From: Candidatus Wirthbacteria bacterium
GTDB taxonomy: Bacteria > Patescibacteriota > CG2-30-54-11
NCBI GenBank assembly: GCA_903889905.1
Contig: CAISZI010000047.1
Coordinates: 80,096-144,095, forward strand
DNA length: 64,000 nt
Reading direction: 5' to 3'
The notes beneath the pieces were generated by a model. That model did no database searches. It was not told where the DNA came from and worked only from the letters and a program-made list of their open reading frames with translations. Numbering within the stretch: position 1 is the first letter of the stretch; each line of letters opens with the position of its first letter. Positions 63,077 through 64,000 of this stretch are shown piece by piece. A program made the position numbers and the translations under genes.

Positions 63077-64000
63077 GTCTGAAATCATCCCAACACCAGG
63101 AGCCACGGAACCCACTTCCACCGCTCCTGTTTCTGTGTCCGCCCCTGCCGCGACAGTTGCCGCAAAACCCGCCGAGCCCAAAACTCCCCGGGACGCCAGC
63201 ATTGAAGCGCAACTCAAGCTCATGCTCAGCTACGGCGTGCACTTTGGCCACCAGACCAGCCGCTGGAACCCCAAAATGAAAAAGTACATTTTCACCACCC
63301 GCAATGGCATCCACATTATTGACCTGCTGCAGACCGTTGACCTCCTGGCCGAGTCCAAAAGCAAAGTGCGTGAAATTGCCGCCCGCGGTGGCAAAGTTTT
63401 GTTTGTCTGTACCAAACGCCAGGGCCAGCAGAAAACCATGGAAACTGCCCAATCCTGTGGTATGCCCTTCATTGTCAGCCGCTGGGTCGGTGGCATGTTC
63501 ACCAACTTTCGCGTCATCAGCAAACAGATCAAGGAATACATCGAAATCAAGGCCAAAAGTGACAGCGGCGAACTCGATGTCATGCTCAAAAAAGAACGCA
63601 GCGTACTCAACAAAAAACTGGAACGCATGAATGACCTCTATCAGGGTTTGACCGAAGTCACTCGTCTCCCCGACATGATTTTTATCATTGACCCCCATCG
63701 TGAACGCATTGCCATCAAAGAAGCCACGACCCTGCACGTCCCGATCATGGCTTCGGTTGACACCAACTGCAATCCTGATGAAATCACCTTCCCCATCCCG
63801 GCCAACGACGACGCCATCCGTTCCATTAACTTTGTGCTGGACGAAGTTGGCGCTGCCATCAACGAAGGCCGTGCGGAATTCATTGCCAAGGGTGCCAAAG
63901 CGGCAGCCGCAGCGGCTGCTGCCAAACCCGAAACCGTGGTCGAAGAAATCAAGGTCAACCTCAACGATGTCACCGAAGTCGCCGTACTTGAACAACAGGA
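63077..64000 (+). CDS. rpsB: 30S ribosomal protein S2 with about 45-aa Ala/Pro/Thr-rich N-terminal extension and Ala-rich C-terminal extension (runs off the window end)
   Basis: Manual translation of the frame starting at ATG 63077 (strong GGAGG RBS): ...LKLMLSYGVHFGHQTSRWNPKMKKYIFTTRNGIHIIDL...KVLFVCTK...RWVGGMFTN matches the S2 core. This frame is missing from the supplied ORF track because it has no stop in the window. Confidence 0.9.

Noticed and set aside
63057-63995. 312-aa minus-strand ORF and 108-aa plus-strand ORF (63304-63630) at the 3' end of the window
   Set aside because: The true gene here is rpsB in a different plus-strand frame. It is missing from the ORF track only because it has no stop codon within the window.

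Overview
The window is dense bacterial chromosomal DNA at about 50-55% GC with islands of low GC. Housekeeping genes sit at both ends. On the 5' side these are the typA/bipA 3' end, a nitroreductase, two ABC transporters, queH, an OsmC-like gene and trpS. On the 3' side they are tig and rpsB, the latter with Ala/Pro-rich terminal extensions. Between them, about 19 kb to 62 kb, lies a cell-envelope/surface island. Its contents:
- a secreted S8 subtilase with an FG-GAP propeller and a dockerin-like tail;
- an AT-rich tandem array of small Cys-rich membrane-anchored paralogs, with pseudogene fragments and a duplicated 3' gene fragment;
- a minus-strand cluster whose architecture matches Firmicute csc/WxL cell-surface-complex operons: two WxL-like C-terminal domain proteins (384 aa and 1447 aa) plus a DUF916-like TM-anchored partner, followed by a 3756-aa DUF11-repeat adhesin carrying a LAGTG (class-E-sortase-type) sorting signal;
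- a 1470-aa orphan protein with C-terminal PPGDGQ repeats;
- a PIN toxin/antitoxin pair;
- several large secreted Cys-rich proteins;
- envelope glycan genes (GT39/ArnT-like, two GT2, a WecA-like transferase, and an acyltransferase-3/deacetylase-like fusion).
Noncoding features worth noting:
- a recurring GC palindrome family (GGGCGGTTCrTGAACCGCCC);
- a 43-bp direct repeat bracketing a small secreted-protein cassette;
- a roughly 1.1-kb low-coding region holding two small ORFs that share a QNYSxxHDYLY motif under apparent purifying selection;
- near-identical kilobase-scale repeats inside the giant adhesin gene.
No CRISPR array, rRNA or confident tRNA was seen. Many six-frame ORFs in the track are antisense shadows of real genes and were rejected.
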